A stretch of DNA of 63,033 nucleotides, counting the filler, from Folioceros fuciformis (lineage: Eukaryota), in the NCBI GenBank assembly GCA_049999805.1. It is 6 parts of 6 records of this genome, joined end to end, with 100 filler letters (N's around TTAATTAATTAA, not from the genome) between each part and the next. Parts side by side here need not be neighbours in the genome. Positions count along the whole stretch, not along the records: positions 1 to 4,834 come from JBNGIO010001636.1; positions 4,935 to 28,742 come from JBNGIO010001637.1; 4 more parts are not named here. The stretch is one strand, 5' to 3'. The notes beneath the pieces were generated by a model, which saw nothing but the letters and a program-made list of their open reading frames with translations, searched no databases and was not told where the DNA came from. Below, piece after piece: positions 1-13,964 of this stretch. Position 1 is the stretch's first letter. Each line of letters starts with the position of its first letter. The position numbers and the translations under genes are program-made.

Positions 1-1061
1 GAGAATGAACGTACTCCTTAAGAGCAGTTAACCCCTTTTATAGGTTTAATAAAAAACCCTCCAAAAATAGAAAATAAATACGCATAAAATTGAAAATGAA
101 AATATATGACAAAATCTTCACAACCACATGTTTCACGCCCACAATTGGAATAGACCAAAGTATAAACTTCACTTTTACCAAAAATAGAAACTTTGGGTGA
201 AAAAGGAGAATAGGCTCTTGTAACCTTTTATTTACTAAGTAAAAATTCTATAAAAGCTCTTAAACTCCAATGAATGACTAAGTCTCATAAAATAGGCACC
301 TTAAGACCACTTAGGAAGGAAGGCTAGTCACTTGTCTTCAATGGGACTTAGGGCACACTTATATAGACATCTTCATCATTCCATCTCGCTATTCATAAAG
401 TGAGGTAAATATAGCAAGCACATCGATAGATAGTTAATACAAAAATTTACAACTAAGATTATTTTATTCATTCATTCACTAAATATACCTAATTATAAAA
501 TAAATCACAATCTTATATATCTAGTCTTGCATATATGAGCTGCGAATAATGGAAACACCTGCTAGTGTTAGTTTATGATACCAATTCATGAATTATTATT
601 TTTATAATCCAAGTTTCATTGGATTTTGTAAAAGAATCACTTCATATCCACCTATTTATTAAGAGGGAACAAATTTGGCCATTTGTCCTCCCTGCTCTCT
701 TTTGGCTTCCCTTCCCGTCCCGTCCCTTGGCTTTCCCCCTCCTTGTCCCCTCCTCTTCTTCTGGCATCTACCCCTCTCTCTTTCTATGACTTCTCTCCTC
801 CCCCCGCCCTGGCCTGCCCTTTTGTGATGGGGGTGTATACATACATACATAAAACAGGAGTTCCGTGGAAACCAGCCTTTGGAAAGAACACATATCCAAA
901 TCAAACGGCCTCCCGGTGAACCGTCGTGATCGCCTGACAGTCGCAACTGCGGAGTGCAGACCCAGACCAGGAGGGGGACATTTGTGGACCAGACATTTGA
1001 TTCGCGGCCTATCTTGGTACCTGGTTTCAACACGCGCGGACTCTCCCAACGAGAGTTGGCG

Positions 1062-3514
1062 ATGGCGACGATCACTGCTTTGCAGGCCACGGCCGGGGCA
1101 TTCGGGTCGCAACATTTGGACGTGAATCGTGAGCTTGCGTTGCTGTCCCCGTGGTCTCGCTTCTCTGCATTTTGGCGGTTCGTTCAGTGTGTCAGGGCCG
1201 TGCTGAATGCTGTGGGGCCTCACAGGCGCGTCCGTGGCTCAGCTCAGCTCCTGTCGCACCAGTTTGATCGGCACCAGCTTGGTTCCGGACTCTGTCCACC
1301 TCGCTAAACTTCAACTGTCTCCGACGCTCCATCACAGCAAATCCAGGCTCACAACTGTCATGACTTCCGATTTCGAGAAGAGCAATCCTTTCGCCGCGGA
1401 GTTGAAGCACACTGCGGCATACATCGCTCGACCTGGGAAAGGAATCCTGGCGTCGGACGAGAGTAATGCCACGACGGGCAAGAGGTTGGTGTTAGTAGCA
1501 GTAGCTGTCGATCGGCCCGCCTGATTTTGTGTGATAGACTCCGAGTCGCTGCTGCTTCCTGTGCTTTAGGTTGGCAACTGTTGGCCTGGAGAATACGGAG
1601 GCAAACAGGCAGGCGTGGCGTGAATTGCTGTATTCTGCACCGGGCCTCGGTAATGTAAAGCTGTGGATATTGTGTATGGCGAGCTGGAGAGGGCTCCTGG
1701 AAGCATGTTGTCTGGCCGATGGGATTGCCACGCAACAGGTGCTCAAAGTGTGTGTTGCCTTCTGTGACCTGAGCAGTACATAAGCGGGACTATCATGTTC
1801 GACGAGACTCTGTTCCAGTCGAGCCGGGCAGGAGTACCTTTCGTTGACATCTTGAAGGAGCAAGGGATACTGCCCGGCATCAAGGTGGATACAGGCTTAC
1901 AGCCAATAGATGGCACAGACGGTGAGACTGCCACCCAGGGGTTGGATGGCCTTGCTGATCGCTGTCGAAGGTATTTTATGCCTACTTCTGCAATGCCGTG
2001 TTCCTGCAGTTGCGCTTGCTGAGGTGGACTTTCATACACCCCATACATCTCCAATGGCTTCCCTTGTAGATATTATCAACAGGGGGCTAGGTTCGCCAAG
2101 TGGAGGGCTGTAATCAAGGTCGACTCCGAGAAGCATCCATCTTCTACAGCCATCCTGGAAAATGCTCATGGCCTTGCACGCTATGCCCAAATTTCTCAGG
2201 TACGAGATCACGCACCCTCTTGTAGCGGGCTTGAAATTTGTAAGCTGTCTTCACCAGCAAATTTTGAAGCCGATACCCAGCACAGCCGTTGTCTGCCAGT
2301 CTGAGAACGCCCGTGGAATCTTTGGATGGCTATTGTGCAGGCTAATGGTCTGGTTCCAATAGTAGAGCCCGAGGTGACTCTTGGTCCTGGTGATTACAGG
2401 TAATTTATGTCGTGCCATTTGCCTCTCTGTCAGGACACAGACTTCCATCTTGCAAGGCTTTGATTTTTCTGCAATGTCTTACAGCATAGAGAGGACGGCT
2501 TACATATCAGAGAAGGTCAATTCACATGTCTTCCGATTACTGAATGAATACAAGTGAGTTACACCGCTCACCTTGTCAGTTACTGGAATTACTTCCTATC
2601 ATGTCTGAGGATGTTTTGCGCTTGTGGTCTTGTGAACAAGCAGCGTCATACTGGAGGGCATCTTGCTGAAACCGAACATGATATTGCCGGGTACGGCCGG
2701 TTTCCTTTCAGAGGCACCGCATGTTATGTTGCTCCCCTTCGATATCGTTTTCAAGCTTTGAAATTTGCTTCCATCTCAAACATCGATTGTGTAGGGCTGG
2801 ATGTGCCAACTCCTGCTCCTGAGGAGGTAGCCAAATACACCTACCGAACTATGCTGAGATCCGTGCCAGCAGCTGTTCCGGGTACGTCAGCAGAGGTAGC
2901 AAGCAGAATTCAGCTGCCCGCGAGCAGAAGTGTGTGAAGGAACAGTTTCACCCTACCCGATGCGGCTATTTGCAGGAATCCACTTCTTGTCTGGTGGAAT
3001 GAGCGAGGAAGAGGCGACCCTGAACCTCCAGGCGCTACAGGTAAGAAAACCTGACCCATAAAAGACATTGTCCGTGGGATCCGCCTGTTCCCCAATTTCA
3101 GACCCCTTGGTGCTGTTTCCTTTGCCTCTGCAGGGTGTAGGACCAACTCCATGGTCCTTGACATTCTCTTACGGCCGTGCCCTACAGTCGAGTACTCTCA
3201 AGATCTGGTCAGGAAAGGTGATCGACGCAGTGTCCAAATCCCTACTTGTTGTATGTTGCAAGTTTCTCACGTGGCGACGGTCCTGCAGGAAGAGACCTGG
3301 ACTGCCGCCCAGGAGAGGCTCGTGGCCCTTGCAAAAGCTAATTCTGAGGCTCAGGTAATCCACCCCTAGTCTCCGATGTTCAAGTCAAATTTTTCTTCCT
3401 CAATTTCTCTGAGACATACGGCCCTTGCAGCTCGGAAGATACACGGGACCACATCCATCTCCCGGGGCAACCCGTATCCTGCAAGCCCTACGGCTTGGAG
3501 GAGCCGGAAAGTGA
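1062..3514 (+). CDS. FBA: Fructose-bisphosphate aldolase class I, probably plastid-targeted (multi-exon)
   Basis: Exon peptides [50 protein letters not shown] and [11 protein letters not shown] are separated by GT-AG introns. Ser/Ala-rich N-terminal extension from ATG 1062. Last exon 3431-3514 ends ...LRLGGAGK*. Confidence 0.95.
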
Positions 3515-4834
3515 CCCACGGAGCAGTCGACGGGATATGAGAAGCCTTGTTACTACTCATAAGCTGAAGTAATTCCGTTCTCCTCATGTAAACGCACGAC
3601 GTCGCTGTTGATGTCGAAGGATCCCATCTGACTACCGACATAAGTAAAACGGACCCCTGCAGAGCTTGAAGTAATCTGGTTAGATTCATCGAGCGTGGGC
3701 TCGACAGTCTTGCATCACAACCTTCGTGAAATGCCGGAGGTCTCTTGACAAGGTAAGCACCCAGTCCAGGAAGATGATTCCCCCCATGTGCAAAAAAATT
3801 GTGTTCTTCTCTGTACTCTATTCAAAATGCGGTAATTTAGGTTGATGTCATTCCCATCCTGGAATTAGGAAAAAATGAAAAAGGTGAAGTAGTAACAATG
3901 AAATGAAGTGAAAATCGAACGTATAGTTGTCTCCAGACTTGTCAACTAACGTGGTGAAGAGCTGATAATGGACCATGGGATCCGTCTGAAGGGCAGCCAA
4001 CAACTTCTGCGCTGCCTCCTCGTCGGTTAGCATGCCCGTGCCATCCCTCAACTTTTGCAAATGAGGGAAAGCCATTTGGATAGTCTTGCCTTTCTTGCAA
4101 GCTCAGTGATCTTCTCCGGTATCTTGGAAATGCCTTGTCCAAAATTGCAAAGAAAACCTCAACTGGATTTTCATGCTTGAGAACATTCAACAGATCTAGG
4201 ATCCGTGCTGTAGGAGTCGCCATCTCCGCAGGTGTTGTATTCACGACTGTTGGTGGTGCCACCGTGGCTACCACCGTGCTTGCTGCGATTGCTGCTTGAT
4301 GGGCAAGCACAGCTGCTGCCAGCAAGGTGTTGTATGCTAGCTGCAAGGCTGTGGCATATGATAAGTTGGGCCTTACCTCCACCGCGAGCATCTCTGTTGC
4401 ATGTATTTGGTACAAGTCCAGAGCCTATCTGCCAAATAGCCAGGCAATTGTTCAAACATGTACTGGTGAGTGCCAAATAGCCTAGCACTTGACTTGTGCG
4501 TTATCAACCACTTTGACTTATAATTGAAAACCCTAAGAACTAACCAACTAAACTCTCTACCAGCATAATTCCTAAGAACTGGCAAAATAAACTCTTTACC
4601 AACATAATTTAGACTTATAATTGAAAAACCTGAGAATTAGCCAACTAAACTCTCTACCAACATAATTTAGCACAATTTAACACAATTTAGCACAACTTGT
4701 CATGATTTTTTTCAGCACCATGGTAAGTAGACTTTTTTGTTATTCTACATCGTGACATTTTGAGAGTAGTAAGTAGTTTTTGAGAATCATATTCAAAGGG
4801 ACTAGTACTCTTTTGAATCTTTGGAGTATATGGG

Positions 4835-4934
4835 NNNNNNNNNNNNNNNNNNNNNNNNNNNNNNNNNNNNNNNNNNNNTTAATTAATTAANNNNNNNNNN
4901 NNNNNNNNNNNNNNNNNNNNNNNNNNNNNNNNNN
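4835..4934. other. Artificial contig linker (N44-TTAATTAATTAA-N44)
   Basis: Six-frame stop spacer between N runs; the same 100-nt structure occurs five times. Confidence 0.97.
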
Positions 4935-5012
4935 TACGCGCCAAAGGGGACCCCTCAAACTTGCGTACGCGCCAAAGGGGACCCCTCAAATTTGCGTACG
5001 CGCCAAAGGGGA
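4935..5012. repeat. 31-bp tandem repeat, ~2.5 copies, at contig edge
   Basis: Unit TACGCGCCAAAGGGGACCCCTCAAA(C/T)TTGCG. Confidence 0.85.
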
Positions 5013-5446
5013 CACATAACCCGTGTGTTTGTAAAAAAACCTAGAGAGAGGGGGCGTGTGCCCTTTGGTATGCCATAGTAGGCTGCATTCTCACGCACTT
5101 CAAAAAATTAAGCCACCAATGCGCAACAAAGGAAAGACCAATAAGAGACAAAATTAGTCATATTAAAAGTTCGCAAAGATGGTTTTCAAGAAAAAGATAG
5201 ATTTCAGTGGTAAACATAATGTCTTCAAATGAGAAGAGTTTTTCTCAATGTATAATATTACAAGTTTGGAAGTTAGAAAATATCATATTTGAGGTCCAAT
5301 AGGTCAACTTACCTCAGACATTAAGGATGGAAAAAGCTCAAGATAACCATCTTCATAAGAGGTTGGAACATTAATCCACTAAGAGACAAGTTGCTCATAG
5401 CATTTCCAATCTAGCAAATGGTAAGTGACGTTTAATGAGCTCTAAG

Positions 5447-6262
5447 AGCTTTTGCAACCTCTTCACGTGGTATATCTCATCCCTACAATGAAATGATAAA
5501 AACAATAGATAAATATTGATAGGCATGCATACCCTTGAGTTCTAATAGCGTTTTGCAACCCCTTCAAGTGGTGTATCTCATCCCTATTCTAATAGCTTTT
5601 GCAACCTCTTCATGTGGTGTATCTCATCCCATTCTAACATAGCTTTTGTACTCTCTTCAGGTGGTGTATCTGATCCATATTCTAACAGCTTTTGCACTCT
5701 CTTCAGGTGGTGTATCTCATCCATATTCTAACACCTTTTGCACTCTCTTCAGGTGGTGTATCTCATCCATATTCTAACGGCTTTTGCAACTTCTTCAAGT
5801 AGTGTATCTACCTCTTTAGCTGGTGTCTCTCATCCCTATTCTAATAGCTTTTACACTTTCTTCAAGGTGGTGTCTCTCATCCCTATTCTAATAGCTTTTG
5901 CACTTTCTTCAAGGTGGTGTATCTCATCCCTATTCTAACAGCTTTCGCCCGTGATGTATCTCATCCCTTTTCTATTCAGCTTTTGTATCTCATCCCTATT
6001 CTATTCAGCTTTTGCAACCTCTTTACACGGTGTATCTCATCCCTATTGGAACAACTTTTGCAACCTCTTTACACGGTGTATCTCATCCCTATTGGAACAA
6101 CTTTTGCAACCTCTTCAGGTGATGTATCTCATCCTTATTCTAGGGGCTTTTGCCACCTCCTCATATGGTGTATCTCATCCCTATTCTAACAACTTTTGCA
6201 ACCACTACAGGGTGGTATATCTACCTCTTCAGGTGATATATCTCATCCATATTCTACCAGCA
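5447..6262. repeat. ~46-bp minisatellite array, roughly 15 degenerate copies
   Basis: Consensus ~GCTTTTGCAACCTCTTCAGGTGGTGTATCTCATCCCTATTCTAATA repeated head-to-tail with no unique spacers. Confidence 0.92.
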
Positions 6263-6665
6263 CATCTCATGTCTACAAGAAATGAGAGAAGCAAAAGATA
6301 AATATTGAGAGACATAGATTCCCTTCATTGATTAGCTATTGGTCTTCCTTGAGCTGAGTTTGGTTGCAAGGAGGCAAGTGTGTTGCCCTGATAGAATAAT
6401 CACCTAGGGTGCTTGGGTGCCCAGCCTCAATAACCCGTCATTTGCATCTTTGATGACCAGAACGGCCTCCCTTAGTACTTTAGCCATACAAAGCAAATTG
6501 AGAGATCTTCACAGAAAAGAGGAGAAATCTGCAGGAAGAAGATGAGCGAACTGCATATTGCGTGAACAAATGGAAGCATGCAAGTGATAAGGTGTACAAA
6601 CTACAGGAGTGGAAGTCCAGGCTGAGACGGACCTTCAATCCTGCAAAATGGTGCATTCTGGGTAA

Positions 6666-8851
6666 TCACTTCACGCAGAAAGCGTAGAGAGTGGTTCCTG
6701 GATATTGAGCAGGTGGAGGTGGGTAACCAGATCCCACGAATGCGCAACCCTTGGACACAGAAATGCCCCCTCGGGTGCCTCCGTCAATGGAGTCATATTG
6801 CCACAGAACATCTCCAGTCTTGCCGTTCAGAGCAAAAATGTGGCCAGATTTGTAGGTGGAGGTTCCGAAAACGACGCCGTTGGCAACCGTGACAGGCCCT
6901 TTGACAGTTGCGCCGTTGGGATCAGGAGTTGTCCATAGAATCGAGCCTGCGGCAAGGTTCAAAGGCCTGGTGACGTGATGCGCAGGCTAGCAGACACGAC
7001 ATGGACACCAGAGAAGATCGGCAAAGGCATGTAGCGTACTGCACCTGTGGCTGCATCCATCCCCACCCATGCTCCGCCTTTTGTGGTTTTGTTCGAAGGA
7101 AGCAGAGTGAAAGTGAGATTCCCGGAGTTGGCGTTGTTGGTGTACACATACTTCCCATCTGTGGAGGATCCCCACAAAGCTCCTCCGTCTTGCCCACCAG
7201 GTCCTGATACCTGATGATCACAATGCAGTCAGAGAGCGATCCATTCGTCACACTCTTGCATGTGCTGTGTGAGGTTGATGGAAGAGACGGTACCGTGCTC
7301 CACACCACGTCACCGGTGTCTCGATCCAAAGCCCAGACTATGCCGCTTTTTTGCGCAGCCACTGCCACATCAACCCAGGAGGACTTCACTGGGATGGTGA
7401 GCAACATGGGGGCTTCTCCGAAGTCGTAGTCTAACCCAGGGCCTGGAGGACAGTTGGCATTGCGAACAGACGGAACACAAGCTACATTCCAAGCATCAAG
7501 GGATCCGACCGATGTGCCCCACCTGATGCGTCCACTCTCCAGCTCCAGGGCTAGTATGGAGTCCCCATGATTCCCCGGTTCTAGACAGGGGTCAGGAAGC
7601 TGCCAGGCGCCACAAACCCAAAATCAATACACATACATATGCTATCAGGCCTGGGGTTGATGATGTGAAGCTCACCACAGGTTTGGAGACGTTCTGCTGT
7701 TTCCGCAGGCATTCGGAAATGGCTGGAGGGGTGTTGTATACGTTCCCCGTGGCTATGTACACCAGACCCCGAACCAGGTCGATGGCAGGACTGCTTCCCC
7801 AGACAGAACCTCCGGAATACTGTCCTGGCTTGCCCCCATTGTCTGGCATCGTCCTTGTCTTCCACACCACTTTCCCAGTTCGGATATCTAGCTTCTGAAG
7901 ACTCCCGATGAAGCTGCAACAGACGTAGCCTGGGACCAGAACTGGCGCAGCTTCCTCCGCTGAAGACACCCCGAAGTAGTATGATCTGTAACACGTGAGC
8001 AGATTCTGAAACATCTCCATTGCTCTCGAGCTTGTGCATTAACATCGCCCGTGTACAAGAGACGAACAACCAGGAGCTGACAGAAAGCTACCTTTTGTGG
8101 GCAGTCCCCGATTGCGTCAAAATGGCCCAAGGATGGTCGTCCACCAGAGTGGTCCACAGAACCTTCCCAGTATGTCGATCGAGAGCAATGACGTAGGCAG
8201 GTCCGTTGAGTCCCACCAACAGCTTGTTGTGAGATACCACAGGCGTGGCCCTCGTAAATGCGTTGGGTCCTGGCCAGAGACGCCACAAGAGGTACTTCCT
8301 CCTCAACCATTGCCATAGGAAGTTCAACGCTAAAACACTGACAATGCCACCCTCTGTGCACGACCAGGAGCGTACCAGCGATAAAGGTGTATACACTATC
8401 CTGGATACCCGTGGCCTCCGTCAGATTGGTGGACCAAAGAAGCGATCCAGTCTCCTGCTCAACCGCGAACACGGTACCAGACCAGGTGGGAAAATAGAGC
8501 ACGCCCTTGTAGATTGCAGGAGTAGCGGAAACCGCACCACCAGCCTCAAATTTCCACTTGAGAGCCAGGCGCTGAGCTGTGTCAACGCTGATGATTCTCT
8601 CCTTCTTTGCAAACCTCCAGTTACGCAGCCCTCCTCCATGATTCTCCCACTGACAAGAATGGAAATGCAGCAGCCTCTACTTGTCAATTAGAGAGCGTCC
8701 ACGGCTATGCTACTGCTCTACTTGGCATTCAGAGTAATGTGCCTACCTGGTCTCCATACGCATTGGAGGCTGCTGTTGCCAGAGGCAGAAGGATGGCAAG
8801 CTGTACAAGAATGGCAGGAATGAAACAACGTCGACAGCGAGGTATCTTCAT
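6666..8851 (-). CDS. Secreted PQQ-like beta-propeller protein (polyvinyl-alcohol dehydrogenase-like), copy 1
   Basis: Signal-peptide exon MKIPRCRRCFIPAILVQLAILLPLATAASNAYGDQ, then WENHGGG..NWRF, ALDRHTGKVLW, GGSVWGSSPAIDLVRGLVYIATGN, DYDFGEAPML, QKSGIVWALDRDTGDVVW and ...TLYAFCVK*. Repeated AxDxxTGxxxW Trp-docking motifs. Confidence 0.85.
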
Positions 8852-9618
8852 ACTGTTCAACTTCTCGTTTGCTGTTGTGAAGATTCTGGAAGCACAGAGA
8901 GTAGAGAAGATGAAAAAGACTGGAAGACTCCTCTTGGCACACTGCCACCTCCCCTGCAAAAGCCGACCGAAGTCGTCTAAAAGTGTGCAACACAGCGAGC
9001 AGTCGTGTGGGAGCCACCATCTTCTCTTCTCATCACTGGGGGTCTTGTGGCCTGTCCTTTCCAGCAATCAGGGCCATCCTCCTCCGTCTTCAAAGATGCA
9101 GGTGAAGTCATTGTTTTGCATTTTCTAGGTGGGATGTCTCCTAGTGCGTCATCGCTTGCTCCGATGTGCAGGCTCCTCCTTCTGCGCTGCGTGGACCGTC
9201 ACGATTCGCCCCGTCGCCAAGCTCTCCTTGTTCGTGAGAGCGCTCCTTACAGCGCGGGAGTAACGTGGCAGGACCCGACTGGTGCCTGGCGACCTTGCAG
9301 GCTTGCGCAACACGATGGAAACAAGACCTCCTGCATCGTACTTACCTCGATTACTGCCGCATCTCAAATGGCAATGTCTGTATGACGGTGGTATGGTCCC
9401 GTTCTGCCTGCATACATGTCAAAAACATAGGAACGATCCCTCACAAATTAGGAGGAAGGACCTGTTGCAAGGAGATGGAGCAAGAAAAGGGTTCATGATC
9501 AAATGTCCACACGAAGGCTTGGGAGTGCTGATTGAAGCAAACTATCTACACTGGGAGTGCTTAGGATTGGCCTCATATCCTGCTTTTCGAACATTGCAAA
9601 CTGGTGGATTGTGGGGAA

Positions 9619-11824
9619 TCACTTCACACAGAAAGCGTAGAGAGTTGTTCCAGCAGTTTGACTAAGTGGGTAGCCAGATCCCACGAAAGCGCAACCCTTG
9701 GAAACGGAGATCCCGCCTTGGCTGCCTCCGCCCAAGGAGTCATAGTGCCACAGAACATCTCCGGTCCTGCCGTTGAGAGCAAATATCTGGCCAGTCTCGT
9801 AGGAGGCAGTTCCGAACACAACTCCGTTAGCAACGCTGACGGGCCCTATAGCAGATACGTTGTTGGGAGTAGGAGTTGTCCACAGAACCGAGCCTGCACC
9901 GAAGTTCGAGAACCTTCTGACGTGAAGCCGTCCTTGCGCAGTAATGGCACTGATAAGGCGGAGGTTAACAAATGGATGTAACGTACCTGTGGCTGCATCC
10001 AACCCCACCCATGCTCCGCCGTTTGTGGTTTTGTTTGAAGGAAGGAGCGTGTAGTTGAGTTTGCCAGAGTTAGCATTGTTTGTGTACACATGCTTGCCAT
10101 CCGTAGCAGATCCCCACATAGCACCTCCGCCGCTCCCACCGGGTCCCGACACCTTATAAGAATGCAGCAATGCATTTCTTAGTGTCAAGATGGTGCCAGC
10201 ATTCCAAGCACTCTGCTCCTGGATGTTCTCTGTTTAAAGGGAAGGAACAGTACCGTGCTCCACACTACGTCACCTTTGTCTCGATCCACAGCCCATACTA
10301 TGCCGCTCTTCTGCCCAGCCACTGCAACATCAACCCAGGAGGACTTCACTGGGATGGTAAGCAGCATGGGGCCTTCTCCAAAGTCGTAGTCCAAGGCAGG
10401 GCCTGCCGGGCAGTTCACATTATCCGCAGGCAGAATGCAGGCTATATTCCAAGCATCGAAACGTCCTACAGATGTGCTCCACCTGATGTGTCCACTGGCC
10501 AGCTCCAGAGCTAGTATAGAGTTCTCGCGATTCCCCGGCTCCACACAAGGGTCAGGAACCTACAAGTTCAGGCTCTAAAAAACCAGATCAGTCATGCTCA
10601 GAGATAGACAGCCACAAGCCCACTCATCCGATGCAAAACCAAAGTGTGGTCAGCTCCGAGAGGCCCACCTCGGGTTTGGAGAGATTCTCCTGTTCCCGCA
10701 AGCATTTTACGATGGCTGGAGGAGTGTCGTAGACGTTCCCTGTTGCTATGTACACCAGGCCCCGAGCCAAGTCGATAGCAGGACTACTTCCCCAGATAGC
10801 AGCTCCGGAATACTGTCCTGTCTTGCCCCCATTGTCTGGCAGCATGCTAGTCTTCCACACCACCTTCCCAGTTCGAATATCCAGCTTCTGGAAACTCCCG
10901 ATGAAGGTGCAGCAGTTGTAGCTCTTGTCGACGAAGCCTGCGGCCTCCTCTTGTGAGGCCACCCCGAAGTAGTACGACCTGTGTAGCAGGAGGCCAGATT
11001 CTGAAACATTTCCAGTTGCCTCAAGCAATTCATCGCCCCCTTAGCAGAGACGAACATACAAAGAGACTAAAAACCACAACCTTTTGTGGACAGTCCCGGA
11101 TTGGGTCAAAATAGCCCAAGGATGCTCGTCCACCAGATTGGTCCACAGAACCTCCCCCGTGCGTCGATCGAGAGCAACGAGACAGGCAGGGCCGGCGAGT
11201 CCCACCAGCACCGTGTTATGAGCTACCACAGGTGTGGCCCTCGTGAAGGCGTTGGATCCTGGAAAGACCAGAACTTCCTAGTCAACCCTCTCTCTCCATA
11301 GAAACAGTGAAACCCACACAATACCAATGCCAAACTCACGGCCTGGGGCGTACCAAGGATGAAGTTGTACACAGTGCCCTTGATACCCGTGGCCTGCGTC
11401 AAATTGGTGGACCACAGAATCGATCCAGTCTCCTGCTCCACCGCGTACAATCTGCCTGACCAGGTTGGAAAATAGAGCACCCCCTTGTAGATTGCAGGAG
11501 TGGCGGAAATGGCGCCTCCAGCCTCAAATTCCCACTTGAGAGCCAGACGCTGGGCAGCGTGCACGCTGATGCTTCTCTCCTTCTTTGCAAACCTCCAGTT
11601 AAGCAGCCCTCCTCCATGATTCTCCCACTGAACAAGGATTGAAATGCAGCACGAATCTGTCGTGGTCAATCACACAGCGTTCCCGTGCAAGCTACGGTGT
11701 TGCTTCACAGTAAGGAGCGCACCTGGTCTCCGTACGAAACTGCTGCTATTGCCAGAGGCAGATAGATCGCAAGCGAGACGACGACGGTGAGAACGACGTG
11801 ACTCTGGCAAAGGATATGCCTCAT
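9619..11824 (-). CDS. Secreted PQQ-like beta-propeller protein, copy 2
   Basis: Same exon structure and motifs as copy 1; signal exon MRHILCQSHVVLTVVVSLAIYLPLAIAAVSYGDQ; ends TLYAFCVK*. Confidence 0.85.
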
Positions 11825-13964
11825 CGTCTTCAACTGCACTTTGCTGGTGCGCAGCTTCTGGCAGCATGGGACTGTGTCGGGAAGACGGATAGCACCTGGC
11901 TGGCTACGACTTCGCCTGCAAAAACCCGACGAAAAGTGTATGGATTTTCATGCACGTCTGGGCACAGGCTTCCAGAATCCAGGACTCCAGACTCCTCAAG
12001 ACGCGCCACGCGTGCCAGACAGACGTGGGGCCCATCGCCCTCTTCCAAGAAGACTACGCGGCCTAGATTGTACATGTGTAGTAGAACGCCCGAACGGGCA
12101 GCTTGATGAGAGATCGGCCTCAGTCCGGCCTTATTTCACAACTCCTGCCAAGTGGCTACAAGCTGGTGAAGTGGGTAGACTCACTTGACGCAGAGAGCGT
12201 ACAGACTCGTTCCTGCCACTGTATTGAGTGGGTAGCCAGATCCTACGAACGCGCAACCCTTGGAGATGGAAATCCCGCCTCGGCTGCCTCCGGCAATGAA
12301 ATCATAGTGCCAAAGAATATCTCCAGTCCTGCCGTTGAGACCAAATATGCGGCCAGTGTGGTAAGAGGAGTTTCCAAACAGCACTCCATTCGCTGCAGTG
12401 ACAGGCCCTACCGCAGGTGCGTTGTTGGGAGCAGGAATTGTCCACAGAATCGATCCTGCTGTCAAATTCAAAACATTCGTCACCTGATGCCGTTCTTGCG
12501 GAGGCCAGCAGACACGACGTGACTTTACAAAGTAGAAGATCGGCAAAGGGATGCACAGGGGCGCAGCTGTTGCTGCGTCCAACCCTATCCAGGCTCCGCC
12601 GTTTGTGGATTTGTTCGAGGGAAGTAGTGTGTAGGTGAGATTGTTGGTGTTGCCATAGTTAGTGTAGACGTACTTGCCATCCGTAGAAGATCCCCAAATA
12701 GCACCTCCTTTGCTCCCGGCAGGTCCCGATACCTGAAGCTCAGAATGGAGGAATACAGTTGTTTTGATTTGTCAGAGTGCTGTGAGAGGGCAGTACATGC
12801 ATTCTGCTTGGGATACGGTCTGTTTCAGGAAAGGAAGAGTACCGTGTCCCACACTATGTCACCGGTGTCTCGATCCAAAGCCCAGACTATCCCGCTCTTC
12901 CGCGCAGCCACTGCAACATCGACCCGGGAGGACTTCACTGGGATGGTAAGCAACATGTGGGCTTCTCCAAAGTCGTAGTACAAGGCAGGGCCTGGAGGAC
13001 AGTTGGGATTGCCTCCAGGCAGAAGACAAGCTCCATTCCAAGCATCAGATCGTCCGACAGCTGTGCTCCACCTGATGTGTCCACTGACCAGCTCCAGGGC
13101 TCATGATTTCTCATGATTTTCCGGCTCCACACAAAGGTCAGGAACCTACAATATATTTCAGGCCCCATAAGCAACAGACCCAGATGTGCACACGTATGAC
13201 TTAGTCTACAAACCAGATCAAAACACACTTCAATGCTATCAGCGTCACTCCTGTGCAGACACACCATTAAGGATAGATTAAGCTTATGTCAGGTTTGGAG
13301 CGGTTCTGCTGTTCCCGCAAGCATTCTAAGATGGCTGGAGGAGTGTCGTACACGTTCCCTGTTGCTATGTACACCAGACCCCGAGCCAAGTCGATAGCAG
13401 GGCTACTCCCCCAAACAGCAGCTCCGGAATACAGTCCCGGCTTGCCCCCATTGTCTGGCAGCATGGTAGTCGTCCACACCACCTTTCCCGTTCGTATATG
13501 CAGCTTCTGGAAACTCCCGATGAAGGTGCAGCAGTTGTAGGCTGGCACAAGAATGGTTGCACCTTCTTCCACTGAGGCCACCCCGAAGTAGTATGATACG
13601 TAAAACAGGACGGCAGATTCTGAAACATCTCCATTGCTCTGAAGCTGCTGCAGCAGCAGCTACCATTACTGTCGCATCTTGAAAAAGTGACTGTGTCACC
13701 ACGACCTTTTGTGGACAGTCCCGGACTGGGTCAAAATGGCCTAAGGATGCTCGTCCACCAGAGTGGTCCACAGAACCCCTCCAGTGTGTCGATCCAGAGC
13801 GACGAGATAAGCAGGGCTGGCGAGTCCCACCAACAGCGTGTTGTGAGCTACCACAGGCGTGGCCCGCGTGAACGCATTGGATCCTGGAGACGCCAGAACT
13901 TTCTCCTCAACTAGTGCGATAGCCACACTGACATATACAGTCAGTATCGCAACACTGACATATA

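Noticed and set aside
4879-4890. Palindromic TTAATTAATTAA as a biological motif (five occurrences)
   Set aside because: Always centred in identical N runs; it is an artificial six-frame stop linker.
5447-6262. CRISPR-like array
   Set aside because: Units are contiguous and degenerate with no unique spacers; there are no cas genes and the context is eukaryotic. ORFs across it are repeat artefacts.
13101-13103. Premature stop repaired by U-to-C editing
   Set aside because: PPR editing acts on organellar RNA; this nuclear copy also has lost splice donors and a degenerate 5' end.
6666-13900. Bacterial contamination explaining the PQQ-like genes
   Set aside because: The genes have spliceosomal introns at shared positions and sit on a contig with plant genes.
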